64,000 nt of DNA, from the NCBI RefSeq assembly GCF_009914755.1, contig NC_060939.1. The stretch is one strand, 5' to 3'. Below the pieces are notes generated by a model. It was not told the origin of the DNA. It saw nothing but the letters and a program-made list of their open reading frames with translations, and made no database searches. Both the position numbers and the translations under genes were made by a program. Below, one piece after another: positions 36,590-48,939 of this stretch. Numbering within the stretch: the first letter of the stretch is position 1; the number at the start of each line of letters is the position of its first letter. The stretch comes from the human T2T-CHM13v2.0 reference genome, Homo sapiens.

Positions 36590-38415
36590 AGCCTAGGTGA
36601 GAATTTTGGAAGAGGACGGCTGGGATCCTGAGATCCCAGTCAGGGTCACTGTATTTTGGGCTGGAGACCTGGAGGCCCTAAAGGGCATCTGGAAGGGGGC
36701 CCAGCCCTGTCTCTGTGCTCCTCCGTGAGGCAACCCACACTCCCTGTGTGGGCTTGGTGTTGGTGCTCTGGTTCCCCAGGGACAGGGCGGGTTGGTGGCT
36801 CCTTCCTGAGCCCCTATTCTCCCTTTGTGTCTTTCAGTGAGCTTTTCCACCCAGGTGGGCCCCCTGGCATTGACCGACATAGGTGAGTGCATCCTACTGG
36901 GATAATGGGCCACTAGATAGTCTGTGTGGGGTTGCTGAGGTTTAGCCTTTGGGCCACAAGGGTTTTCTCAGGCAGCCAACCTGAATTCCCACCTGGGAGA
37001 GATGGGTTCTCCAGGAGGCAGCTTTTTTGGGAATCAGACCCAAGGAGGACACCTTCCCTGAAGCCCTGCAGGGGTGATGGTGGTCCAGGCAGGAAAGGGT
37101 TCCTTCTGCCCAACTCGAGGCCCAATGCAGGGCAGTGCCCCCCTGAGAATTGGTGCTCTGGTAAGGGCTCGAGGACTGCCCAGGCCACATGAAGGAGGTC
37201 AGAGGGGCTATGGGGAACCATGGGGGCAACAGGGGAGCTCTTGGCCCCCGGAGTGTGGTACATGAATGGGCCCATGGGGTTGGGTCACGGAGATTCAAGG
37301 ATTGCATCTCACCCACGGCCCTGAATGCGACCATCCCTGTTGAGCAATGGGCCATCCCAGTGGGTCTCCTGGGGCCTGGTGTGGGGTGGCATTGTTTTCC
37401 TGGGGTTGGGTCAAGGCGGAGCTCTGACTGGTACCTGATGGTGCTGCAGGTCAGCCCTGGGACTCGTGGGCTTTGGGCCAAGAGGCAGCCCGCATCCTGC
37501 TGGGGGTCGCCTTTTCTCCGAGGTTGAGTGTCGTGAAGGATGGCCTCCTGAGGTGGGAAGGCCCACTGTCAAGGCACCTAGACTAGGAATTGTTCCTCAG
37601 GCTGCTTGGGAGCCATGGTGTCACCTCCAGGGTGGCGGGATCTTGGGACTAAGCAAAGGAGGGGACACTACGTGGCTCCCAATTGGCCATGTGTGGCTGG
37701 CTCTGTGCCTGGGAAGTGTGTGGAGTATGGATGGGGACCCACCAGAGAAAGCAAGTGGCCCTGCAGTCCCAGAATGTAATTTCTGGTGTAGGCTTGGAGA
37801 GGGTGCCTATATGCATGCCCACCATGCCCAGGAGCAGGCTATGCCACTTCAGGGTCTGCAGGGGCACCTGGCATATGGGCCAGCCTCCTTCGTTGGCTGT
37901 GACCTGGGTGGTGGCCTGTGCTTGTGCCCAGTGGTCCCAGGGTAGCCCTGGGGTCGTGCAGGGGAGCCGTTTTGGGCAGTGGATGTGCTCTCGGGTCCTA
38001 CAGTACAGCACAGCCTGGGTGTTTTGCTCAAGCCCAGTGACCTGCCTGCCTTGTCCTTCCCGGGTTCAGTGGCAGGGAGAGCCAAGGGTGCCCCACATTG
38101 GTGACGAGTCAGTATTTTGCATGGATCTCATCACACGTGACCATGAAGGACGAGCAAGCATGAGCTGGCACCAGCCACCCCCTTCTCCGCGTGGAGGGTG
38201 GTCACATGTCCTCCACCTGTGCCCCCAGATGATGAGACTGGAGGAAGACTTCCATTGGGCCCACTTTTCCTGGGCCAGTGTCCATCAGCCAGGTGCTCAG
38301 CCCCTGGTGTACTGAAGCTCCAGCCTTTCCTGGTGCCCCAGTCTTCTGCACTAAGCTGTGGTGAGCACATCCGGGTTCCACTGGATTTTTGTGCGGGGAG
38401 GGGGTTTTCTACGTT

Positions 38416-38497
38416 GGGTCAATGATGAGAATCTTATATTGTCCTGAAGAGAGGTGATGACTTAAAAATCATGCTCAATAGGATTACGCTGAGGCCC
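38416..38497 (+). ncRNA. SNORD115-39: SNORD115 copy (inferred -39)
   Basis: Boxes and ASE intact. Confidence 0.93.
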
Positions 38498-40283
38498 AGC
38501 CTAGGTGAGAATTTTGGAAGGGGATTATGGGATGCTGAGGTCCTCAGCAAGGCCACTGTATTTTGGGCTAGAGACCTGGAGGCTCTGAAGGGCATCTGGA
38601 GGTGGCCCAACCTGTCTCTGCGCTCCTCCATGAGGCAGCCCAGGCTCCCTGTGCAGGGTTGGTGTTGGTGCTCCGGTTCTCTGGTGTGGGGAATGTTGGT
38701 GGCTCCTTCCTGAGCCCTCATTCTCACCTTGTGTCTTTCAGTGAGCTCTTCCACCCAGGAGGGCCCCTTGGCATTGACTGGCATAGGTGAGTGGATCCTG
38801 CTGGGGTCATTGGTCATGAGCTAGACCGTGTGGGGTCCCCGAGGTTCAGCCTTCAGTCCACAAGGGTTTTCTCGGGGAGCAGACCTGAATTTCCACCTGG
38901 GAGGGAAGGGTTCTCCTGGAGGGTAGTTTTTTTGGGAATCTAGCCCAAGGAGGATGCCTTCCCTGAAGCCCTGCAAGGGTGATGGTGGTCCAGGCAGGAG
39001 AGGGTTCCTTCTGCCCAATGCAGGACAGCTCCCAGTTGAGACTGAGTGCTCCAGTAAGGTCTCCAGGACTGCCCAGGCCACATGAAGGAGGCCAGAGGGG
39101 CTATGGAGCACCACTGGGGTAATAGGGGAGCTCTTGGTCCCTGGAGTGTGGTGTGTGAATGGGGTTTGGTCACGGAGATTCAAGGATCACACCCCACCCA
39201 TGGCCCTGAAAGTGACCATCCCTATTGAGCAATGGGCCATCCCACCGGGTCTCCTGGAGTCTGGTGCAGGGCGACGTTTTTTCCCTGGGGTTGGGTCAAG
39301 GTGGAGCTCTGGTACCTGGTCATGCTGCAGGTCAGCCTTGGGACTCGTAAGCTTTGGGCCAAGGGACAGCTGGCATCCTGCTGGGGGGTCACCCTATCTC
39401 TGGGGTCGAATGTCACGAAGGGTGGCCTCCTGAGGTGGGAAGGCCCATTGTCGAGGGACCTGTCCCAGGATTTTGTTGCTCAGGCTTCTTCTGAGCCATG
39501 GTATCACCTCCAGGGTGACAGGGTCTTGGGCCCAAGCAAAGGAGAGGGCACCATGTCGCTCTGAGTTGGCCAAGTGTAGCCTAGCTCTGTGGTGGGAGGT
39601 GTGCAGAGCATGGCTGGTGACCCACCAGAGAAAGCACGTGGCCCTGCAGCCCCAAGCTGTGATTTCCAGTACATGCTTAGAGAGGGCATCTTGATGTGAG
39701 CCCACCACACCCAGGGGCAGACTACGTGACTGCCAGGACTGCAGTGGCACATGGCATCTGGGCCAGCCTTCTTGGTTGGCCATGACCTAGCTAATGGCCC
39801 TGGCCCGTGCCTTGGGGTCATGCAGGGGAGCCCTCTTGGACAGTGGAGGTCCTCTCAGGGCCTGCAATATGGCGCAGGCTGGGCATTTGGCCCGAGCCCA
39901 GTGACCTACCTGCCCTGTCCTTCCAGGGTTGGGTGGCAGGGAGGGACAAGGGTGCCCCATGTCAGTGACAAGTCAGTATTTCACATGGATCTCATCACAT
40001 GTGCCCATGGAGGACGAGCAAGCGGGAACTGGCACCCGCTACTTCCTTCCCTACATAGAGGCCATTTTGGACACATGTTCTCCACCTCTCTCCCAGATGG
40101 TGAGACGGGAGGAAGACTTGTGTTGGGCCTGCTGTTCCTGGGCCAGTGGCCATCAGCCTGTTGCCCAGCCCCTGAGGCGCTGAAGCTCAGGCCCTTCCTC
40201 ACACCCTGGTCTCCTGCACTAGCTGTGGTGAGCACATCCGGGTCCCGCTGGATGCATGCAAGAGGTGGTTGGTCTCGTGGGTT

Positions 40284-40365
40284 GGGTCGATGATGAGAAC
40301 CTTATATTTTCCTGAAGAGAGGTGATGACTTAAAAATCATGCTCAATAGGATTACGCTGAGGCCC
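40284..40365 (+). ncRNA. SNORD115-40: SNORD115 copy (inferred -40)
   Basis: Boxes and ASE intact. Confidence 0.93.
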
Positions 40366-42147
40366 AGCCTAGGTGAGAACTTTGGAAGAGGATGCTGGGA
40401 TCCTGAGATCCCAGGCAGGGCCACTATATTTTGGGGTGGAGAACTCAAGGCCCTGAAGGGCCTCTCAGGGGGTGCCACCCTGTCTCTGTGCCCCTCTGTA
40501 AGGCAGCCCAGGCTCCCTGTGTGGGCTTGGTGTCTGGTCTCTGGTTCCCCGGGGGCGGGGCATGTTGGTGGCTCCTTCCTGAGCCCGCTTTCTCCCCCAT
40601 GTCTTTCAGTGAGCTCTTCTGCCCAGGTGGGGCCCATGGCCTTACACGACATAGGTGAGTGTATCCTGTTGGGGTCATGGGCCATGAATGAGGCAGCATG
40701 GGGCCATTTAGGGTCAGCCTTCGGGCCACTAGAGTTTTCTCAGGGTGCGACCGGGGAGGGAACATTTCTCCAGTAGGGTCACTTCCTTGGAAATCTGATC
40801 CTAGGAGCACGCATTTCTTGAAGTCCTGCAAAGGTGATGGTGGTCCAGACAGGAGAGGGTTCCTTCAGCCCAACATAGCGCAGCTCCCAGCTGAAACTTG
40901 GAAGGCTGGTCAGGCCTCGAGGACTGCCCAGGCCACATGAGGTGGGCAACAGGGGCTCTGGGGCAACCTGGGGGTCACGCTGGAGTTCTCCCTCTCTGGA
41001 CAGTGGTGGGTGATTGGGCCCACGCAGACAGGCCCCGGAGATTCAGGACTGCACCCCATCCATGGCCCTGAATGGGACCGACCCTGTTGAGTAATGGGCC
41101 ATCTCAGTGGTACCTCCTTGAGCCTGGTAGGGGGAGACACTGTTTCAATGCAGTTGAATCAAGGCTGAGCTCTGGCTGGTGCCTGGTGGTGCTGCAGGCA
41201 GCCCTGAGGGTTGTGGTCTTTGGGACAAGGGGTAGCTCACATCCCACTGGGGTCACCCCTTCCTTGAGATTCAGTGGCCAAAAGGGTGTCCTCCTGAGAT
41301 GGGAAGTCCTGCTGTCGAGGGACCTGTTCTGGGAATTTGCCACACAGGCTGCTTCTGAGCCATGGGGTCACCTCCAGGGTGGTAGGGTCTTGATCCCAAG
41401 GAAAGGAGAGGACACCATGTGGTTTCTTATTGACCAAGTGTGGCCTGGCTTTGTGTGTGGGAGGTGTAACGCAAGATGAGGACCCACCAGAGAAAGCACG
41501 TGGCTCTGGAGGCCCCCAGGGTTTGATTTCCGGTGTGTGCTTGGAGAGGGCACCAGGTTGGGCACCCACCACGCCCAGGGCAGGCTCTGCGACTGCCAGG
41601 TCTGCATTGGCTCCTGGTGTCAGGGCCAGACTCATTGGTTGGCCATGAGCAGGTTGGTTGCCCTGACCCATCCCCATGGTCCCAGTGTGGCCCTGGGGTT
41701 TTTCAGGGGAGCCGGCTCAAGCAGTGGAGGTGCGCTTAGGGCCTGCAGTAGGGAACAGCCCAGGCATCTTGCCTGAGCCCAGTAACCTGCTTGCCTTGTC
41801 TTTCCAGGGTTTGGTGGCCGGGAGGGCCAATGATGCTCTGCGTCTGTGTTGGATCAGTGTTCTTCATGGATTCCATCACGTGGGTATCCCCTACCCACCT
41901 TCCCCTTGCTCATACGTGAGGCCCTGGTTGGACACATGTCCTTCTCCTGTCACCCCAGATGGTGAGCCTTGAGGAAGACTTGTATTGGGCCCCCACAGGC
42001 CCCAGGCCAGTGTCCGTCAGCCTGGTGCTCACCCCCAGTGTGCTGAAGCTCAGACCCTCCGTGGCACCCTGGTCTCCTGCACTGAGCTGTGGTGAGCACA
42101 TTCAGGTTCCGCTGGATGCATGCATGGAGAGGGGCTTGCCCTTGGTT

Positions 42148-42229
42148 GGGTCAGTGATGAGAACCTTCTATTGTCCTGAAGAGAGGTGATGACTTAAAAA
42201 TCATGCTCAATAGGATTACGCTGAGGCCC
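42148..42229 (+). ncRNA. SNORD115-41: SNORD115 copy (inferred -41)
   Basis: Boxes and ASE intact. Confidence 0.93.
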
Positions 42230-44014
42230 AACCTAGGTGAGTATGTTGGAAGAAGACACTGGGATCCCGAGATCTCCAACAGGGCACTGTATTTTGGGTT
42301 GGAGACCTGGAGGCCCTGAAGGGCATCTGGAAGGAGGCCCAACCCTGTCTCTGTGCTCTTCCTTGGGGCAGCCCAGGCTACCTCTGCGGGCTTGGTGTTG
42401 GTGCTCCAGTTCCCTGGGGCCAGGGAACATTGCTGGCTCCTTCCTGAGCCCCCATTCCTCCCTTGTGTCTTTCAGTGAACTTTTCCTCCCAGATGGGCCC
42501 CCTGGCATTGACTGGCATAGGTGAGTGCATCCTGCTGGGGTCATGGGCCATCAGCCAGGCCATGTGGGGTCGCTGAGGTTCAGCCTTTGGGCCACAAGGG
42601 TTTTCTCAGGCAGCCGACCTGAATTCCCACCTGGGAGAGACGGGTTCTCCAGGAGGGCAGCTTTTTTGGGAATTAGACCCAAGGAGGATACCTGAAGCCC
42701 TGCAGGGGTGACGGTGGTCCAGGCAGGAAAGGGTTCCATCAGCCCGGGCAAGGCAGCTCCTAGCTGACACTCGGTGTTCGGGTCAGTCCTTGAGGACTGC
42801 CTGAACACGAGGGGGTCCAGAGGGGCTCTGGGTGCCACGGGGGTCACATGGGAGCTCTCAGTCCCTAGAGTGTGGTGTGTGAATGGACCCTTAGGGTTAG
42901 GTCTTGGAGATAAAAGGATTGTGCTCCACCCATGGCCTGGAATGTGACCGTCCCTGTTGAGTAATGGGCCATTCCAGTGGGTCTCCTGGAGCCTGATGGG
43001 AGGTGGCGTTGTCTTCCTGGGGTTGAGTCAAGGCAGAGCTCTGGCCCATACCTGGTTGTGCTGCAGGTCAGCCCTGGGACTCGTGGGCTTTGGGCCGAGG
43101 GGCAGCCCGCATCCCGCTGGAGATTACCCTATCTCTGAGATCAAGCGTCATAGAGGGTGACCTCCTGAGAAGGGAAGGCCCACTGTCGAGGGACCTTTCC
43201 TAGGATTTTGTTGCTCAGGCTGCTTGGAATCCATTGTGTCACCTCCAGGGTGATGGAGGTTTGGGCCCAAGCAATGGAGAGGGCACCATGTGTCTCCTGA
43301 TTGTTCAAGTGTGTCGGAGATATGCGGGGTATGGATGGTGGCCCACCAAAGAAAGCATGTGACTCAAGCTGTGATTTCCAGTGCATGCTTAGAGAGGGCG
43401 CCTGTATGCGTGCCCCACATGCCCGGGGTAGGCTATGCAACTGCCAGGTCTGCAGTGGCGCATGGCATCTTGGCCAGCCTTCTTGGTTGGCCATGACCTG
43501 GCTAATGACCCTGGCCTGTGCCCAGTGATCCCAGGGAAGCCCTGGTGTCATGCAGCGGAGGCCTCTTGGGCAGTGGAGGTGCTCTTAAAGCCTGCAGCAT
43601 GGCACGGCCTGGGCATTTATCCCAAGCCCAATGAACTACCTGCCCTGTCCTTCCAGGGTTCGGTGGCAGGCAGGGCCAAGGGTGCCCCGTGTTGGTGACA
43701 AGTCAGTATTTCACATGGCTCTCATCACATGTGTCCGTGGAAGATAAGCAAGTGTGAACTGGCACGTCCTACCTCCTTCCCTACATGGAGGTAACTTTGG
43801 ACACATGTTCTCCACCTCTCTCCCAGATGGTGAGACCGGAGGAAGACTTGCATTGGGCCTGTTGTTCCTGGGCCAGTGGCCATCAGCCTGTTGCCCAGCC
43901 CCTGATGCGCTGAAGCTCGGGCCCTTCCTCGCGCCCTGGTCTCCTGCACTGAGCTGTGGTGAGCACATCCGGGTCCTGCTGGATGCATGCACGAGGTGAT
44001 TGATCCCCTCAGTT

Positions 44015-44096
44015 GGGTCGATGATGAGAACCTTATATTGTTCTGAAGAGAGGTGATGACTTAAAAATCATGCTCAATAGGATTACGCTGAGGCCC
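44015..44096 (+). ncRNA. SNORD115-42: SNORD115 copy (inferred -42)
   Basis: Boxes and ASE intact. Confidence 0.93.
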
Positions 44097-45867
44097 AGCC
44101 TAGGTGAGAATTTTGGAAGAGGATGCTGGGATCCCGAGATCCCTGGCAGGGCCACTATATTTTGGGCTGGAGAACTTGAGGCCCTGAAGGGCATCTCAGG
44201 GGGGTCCAACCCTATCTCTGTGCCCCTCCATGAGGCAGCCCAGGCTCCCTGTGTGGGCATGGTGTCCGGGCTCTGGTTCCCTGGGGGTGGGGCATGTTGG
44301 TGGCTCCTTCCTGAGCCTGCTTTCTCCCCCATGTCTTTCAGTGAGCTCTTCTGCCCAGGTGAGGCCCATGGCCTTAAGCGGCATAGGTGAGTGTATCCTG
44401 TTGGGGTCATGGGCCATGAATGAGGCAGCATGGGGCCATTTATGGTCAGCCTTCGGGCCACTAGGGTTTTCTCAGGGTGCGACCGGGGAGGGAATGTTTC
44501 TCCAGTAGGGTCACTTCCTTGGGAATCTGACCCTAGGAGCATGCATTTCGTGAAGCCCTGCAAAGGTGATGGTGGTCCCGGCAGGAAAGGGTTCCTTCAG
44601 CCCAACATAGAGCAGCTCCCAGCTGAAACTCAGCGGGCTGGTCAGGCCTCGAGGACTGCCCAGGCCACATGAGGTGGGCAACAGGGGCTCTGGGGCAACC
44701 TGGGGGTCACGCTGGGGTTCTCCCTCTCTGGACAGTGGTGGGTGATTGGGCCCACGCAGACAGGCCCCGGAGATTCAGGACTGCACCCCATCCATGGCCC
44801 TGAATGGGACCGACCCTGTTGAGTAATGGGCCATCTCAGTGGTACCTCCTTGAGCCTGGTAGGGGGAGGCACTGTTTCAATGCAGTTGAATCAAGGCTGA
44901 GCTCTGGCTGGTGCCTGGTGGTGCTGCAGGCAGCCCTGGGGGTTGTGGTCTTTGGGACAAGGGGCCAGCTCACGTCCCTCTGGGGTCTCCCCTTCCTTGA
45001 GATTCAGTGGCCGAAAGGATGTCCTCCTGAGGTGGGAAGTCCTGCTGTCGAGGGACCTGTTCTGGGAATTTGCCACACAGGCTGCTTCTGAGCCACGGGG
45101 TCACCTCCAGGGTGGTAGGGTCTTGATCCCAAGGAAAGGAGAGGACACCATGTGGTTTCTTATTGACCAAGTGGGACCTGGCTCTGTGTGTGGGAGGTGT
45201 AGGGCAAGATGAGGACCCACCAGAGAAAGTACGTGGCCCTGGAGGCCCCCAGGCTTTGATTTCTGGTGTGTGCTTGGAGAGGGCACCAGGGTGGGCACCC
45301 ACCATGCCCAGGGTAGGCTCTGCAATGGCCAGGTCTGCATTGGCTCCTGGTGTTAGGGCCAGACTCGCTGGTTGGCCATGAGCAGGTTGGTTGCCCTCAC
45401 CCGTCCCCATAGTCCCAGTGCGGCCCTGGGGTTGTTCGGGGGAGCCGGCCCGAGCAGTGGAGGTGCTGTTGGGGCCTGCAGTAGGGCATCTTGCCCCAGC
45501 CCAGTGACCCACCTTCCCTGTCTTTCCAAGGTTTGGTGGCCAGCAGGGCCAATGGTGCCCTGTGTCTGTGATGAGTCAGTGTTCTTCATGGATTCCATCA
45601 CATGGGTATCCCCTACCCACATTCCCCTCGCTCATATGTGAGGCCCTGGTTGGACACATGTCCTTCTCCTGTCACCACCCCAGATGGTGAGCCTGGAGGA
45701 AGACTTGTATTGGGACCCTACAGGCCCCAGGCCAGTGTCTGTCAGCCTGGTGCTCATCCCCCAGTGCGCTGAAGCTCAGACCCTCCCTGGCACCCTGGTC
45801 TCCTGCACTGAGCTGTGGTGAGCACATCCAGGTTCTGCTGGATGCATGCATGGGGAGGGCCTTGATT

Positions 45868-45949
45868 GGGTCAATGATGAGAACCTTATATTGTCCTGAA
45901 GAGAGGTGATGACTTAAAAATCATGCTCAATAGGATTACGCTGAGGCCC
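45868..45949 (+). ncRNA. SNORD115-43: SNORD115 copy (inferred -43)
   Basis: Fully canonical. Confidence 0.94.
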
Positions 45950-47528
45950 AGGCTAGGTGAGAATTTTGGAAGGGAGCGCTGGGATGCCAAGATCCCCGGC
46001 AGGGCCACTAGCCACTGTATTTTATACTGAAGAACTTGAGGCCCCAAAGGGCATCTCAGGGGTCCTAGCCCTGTCTCTGTGCCCCTCCGTGAGGCAGCCC
46101 AGGCTCCCTGTGTTGACTTGGTGTCCAGGCTCTGCTTCCTGGGGATAGGGCATGTTGGCAGCTCCTTCCTGAGCCCACGTTCTCCCCTGTGTCTTCTATT
46201 GAGCTCTTCTGCCCAGGTGGGGCCCATGCCCTTAAGCAGTATAGGTGAGTGTATCCTGTTGCGGTCATGGGCCATAAATGAGGCAGTGTGGGGTCATCGA
46301 GGGTCAGCCTTCAGGCCACTAGCGTTTTCTCCAGGTGCCCCCGGGGAGGGAACATTGCTCCAGTAGGGTCACTTCCTTGGGAATCTGACCCTAGGAGCAC
46401 GCATTTCCTGAAGCCCTGCAAAGGTGATGGTGGTCCAGGCAGGAAAGCGTTCCTTCAGCCCAACATACAGCAGCTCCCAGCTGAAATTTGGTGGGCTCGT
46501 CAGGCCTTGAGGACTGCCCAGGCTTCATGATGGGGGACACAGAAGCTCTGGGGCTCCCTGGGGCTCACACTGGAGTTCTCCCTCCCTGAAGAGTGGTGGG
46601 TGATTGGGCCCACAGTCAGGTGGCGGAGATTCAAGGAATGCCCCCACCCCTGGCCCTGAATGGGACCAACTCTGTTGAGTAATGGGCCATCTTAATGGCG
46701 CCTCCTTGAGCCTGTTGGGGGTGGGTTGCTGTTTCAATAAGGTTGAGTCAAAGCTGAGCTCTGACTGGGCGCCTGGTGGTACTGCAGGCCGGCCCTTCCT
46801 TGGGCCAAGGGGGCAGCTTGTGTCCCGCTGGTGTCATCCCTTCCTTGAGGTCCAGTGGTGGAAAGGGTAGCCTCCTATGGTGGGAAGGCCTGCTGCTCAG
46901 GGACCTGTCCTGGAAATTTGCCATCCAGGCTGCTTCTGAGCCATGGGGTCACCTCCAGGGTAGTGGGGTCTTGAGTCCAAGAAAAGGAGAGGACACCATG
47001 TGGTTCCTGATTGGCCAAGGCTCCTTGGTTGGCCAGGAGCAGGTTGGTTGCCCTGGCCCATGCCCCATGGTCCTGGTGTGGCCCTGGGGTTGTTCAGGGG
47101 AGCTGGCCCAGGCCGTGAAGGTGCTCTCAGGGCCTGCAGTAGAGTGCAGCCCAGGCATCTTGCCCCAGCCCAGTGACCCACTTACCCTGTCTTTCTAAGG
47201 TTTGGTGGCCAGGAGGGCCAATGGTGCCTTGTGCCCATGTTGGGTCAGTGTTCTGCATGGATCCCCATCATATGGGTATTCCCTACCCACCCTCCCTGCA
47301 CTGATATGTGAGGCCCTGGTTGGACACATGTCCTCCTCCTGTCCCTTCAGATGGTGAGTCTGGAGGAAGACTTGTGTTGGACCCCCACAGGCCCCAGGCC
47401 AGTGTCCATCAGCCTGGTGCTAATCCCCCAGTGCTCTGGAGTTTGGACCCTCCCTGGCACCCTGGTCTCCTGCACTGAGCTGTGGTGAGCACATGGATGC
47501 ATGCTTGGGGTGGGGGTTGCCCTTGGTT

Positions 47529-47610
47529 GGGTCAATGATGAGAACCTTATATTGTCCTGAAGAGCGGTGATGACTTAAAAATCATGCTCAATAGGATTAC
47601 GCTGAGGCCC
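47529..47610 (+). ncRNA. SNORD115-44: SNORD115 copy (inferred -44), last full copy of the GC-rich array
   Basis: Boxes and ASE intact. Confidence 0.93.
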
Positions 47611-48939
47611 AGCCTAGGTGAGAATTTTGGAAGAGGACACTGGGCTCCCCGGAATGGCCACTGTATTTTGCGCTGGACACCTGCAGGCCCTGAGGGCCAT
47701 CTGGAAGGTCCAACCCTGTCTCTCTGCTCCTCCAGGAGGCAGCCCAGGCTCCCTGAGGGGGCTTGGTGTCGGGCTCCTGTTCCCCGGGGTTGGGGCCGGT
47801 TGGTGGCTCCTTCCTGAGCCCCCATTCTCCCCTTGTGTCTTTCAGTGAGCTCTTCCACCCGGGCGGGCCCCCGGCATTGACTGGCATAGGTGAGTGGATC
47901 CTGCTTGTGTCATGGGCCATGAACCGGTCCATGTGGGGTCACCAAGGGTCAGCCTTTGGGATAAGAGGGTTTCCTCAGGGAACCAACCTGAATTCCCATC
48001 AGAGAGGTATGGGTTCTCCAGGAGGGCCGCTTTTTTGGGAATTGGACCCAAGGAGGATAACTTCCCTGATCTCTGCAGGAGTGACGGTGGTCCAGGCAGG
48101 AAAGAGTTCCTTCAGCCCCACCCAGCGCAGCGTTCTGTTGAGACTCAGTGCTCAGGTCAGGCCTGGAGGATTTCTCAGGCCATCTGAGGGGGTTAGAGGG
48201 GAGCTCTTTGTCCATGGAGTGTGGTGCTTGAATCTGCCCTTGGGGTTGGGTCATGGAGATTCAAGGATGGTGCCTCACCCATGGCCCTGATTGGAATTGT
48301 CCATTGAGAAATACGCCATTCCAGTGGGCCTCCTGGAGCCTGATGGGGGGTGGTGTTTTTTTCCCTGGGGTTGAGTCGTTGATGGGGACTCACCATAGAA
48401 AGCATGTGGCTCTGGAGGCCCCCAGGCTTTGATTTCCAGTGCCTGCTTGGAGCGGGCACCAGGGCCGGCACCCACCATGCCCAAGGGCAGGCTCTGCGAC
48501 TGCCAGGTCTGCATTGGCTCCTGGCATCAGGACCAGCCTCCTTGGTTGGCCATCAGCTGCTTGGTTGCCCTGGCCCATGCCCCGTGGTCCTGGTGTGGCC
48601 CTGGGGTGGTTGAGTGGAGCTGGCCCAGGCAGTGGAGGTGCTCTTGGGGCCTGCAGTAGGGTGCAGCCCAGGCATCTTGCCTGATCCCAGTGACCTGCTT
48701 GCCCTGTCTTTCCAGGATTTTGTGGCAGGGAGGGCCAAGGGTGCCCTGCATCCGTGATGGGTCAGTGTTCCACGTGGATCCCATTACGTGGGTCCATAGA
48801 GGATGAGCATGCGTGAGCCAGCGCCCCCTTCCCACTTCTTCTCATGGAGCTGTGAGGCCCTGTGTGGACAGCTGTCTTCCTCTTGTCCCACCAGGTGGTG
48901 AGCCCGGAGGAGGACTTGCGTTCGGCCCGCTGGTCCCAG

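Noticed and set aside
1027-47610. Regularly spaced conserved repeat resembling a CRISPR array
   Set aside because: The repeats are 82-nt C/D snoRNAs with ~1.8-kb homologous spacers in mammalian DNA; there are no cas genes.
10318-47610. Classical sno-lncRNA (two complete snoRNAs forced into one intron)
   Set aside because: I found no adjacent pair of full copies where both intervening exons are clearly dead; it would need alternative skipping that the sequence alone cannot show.
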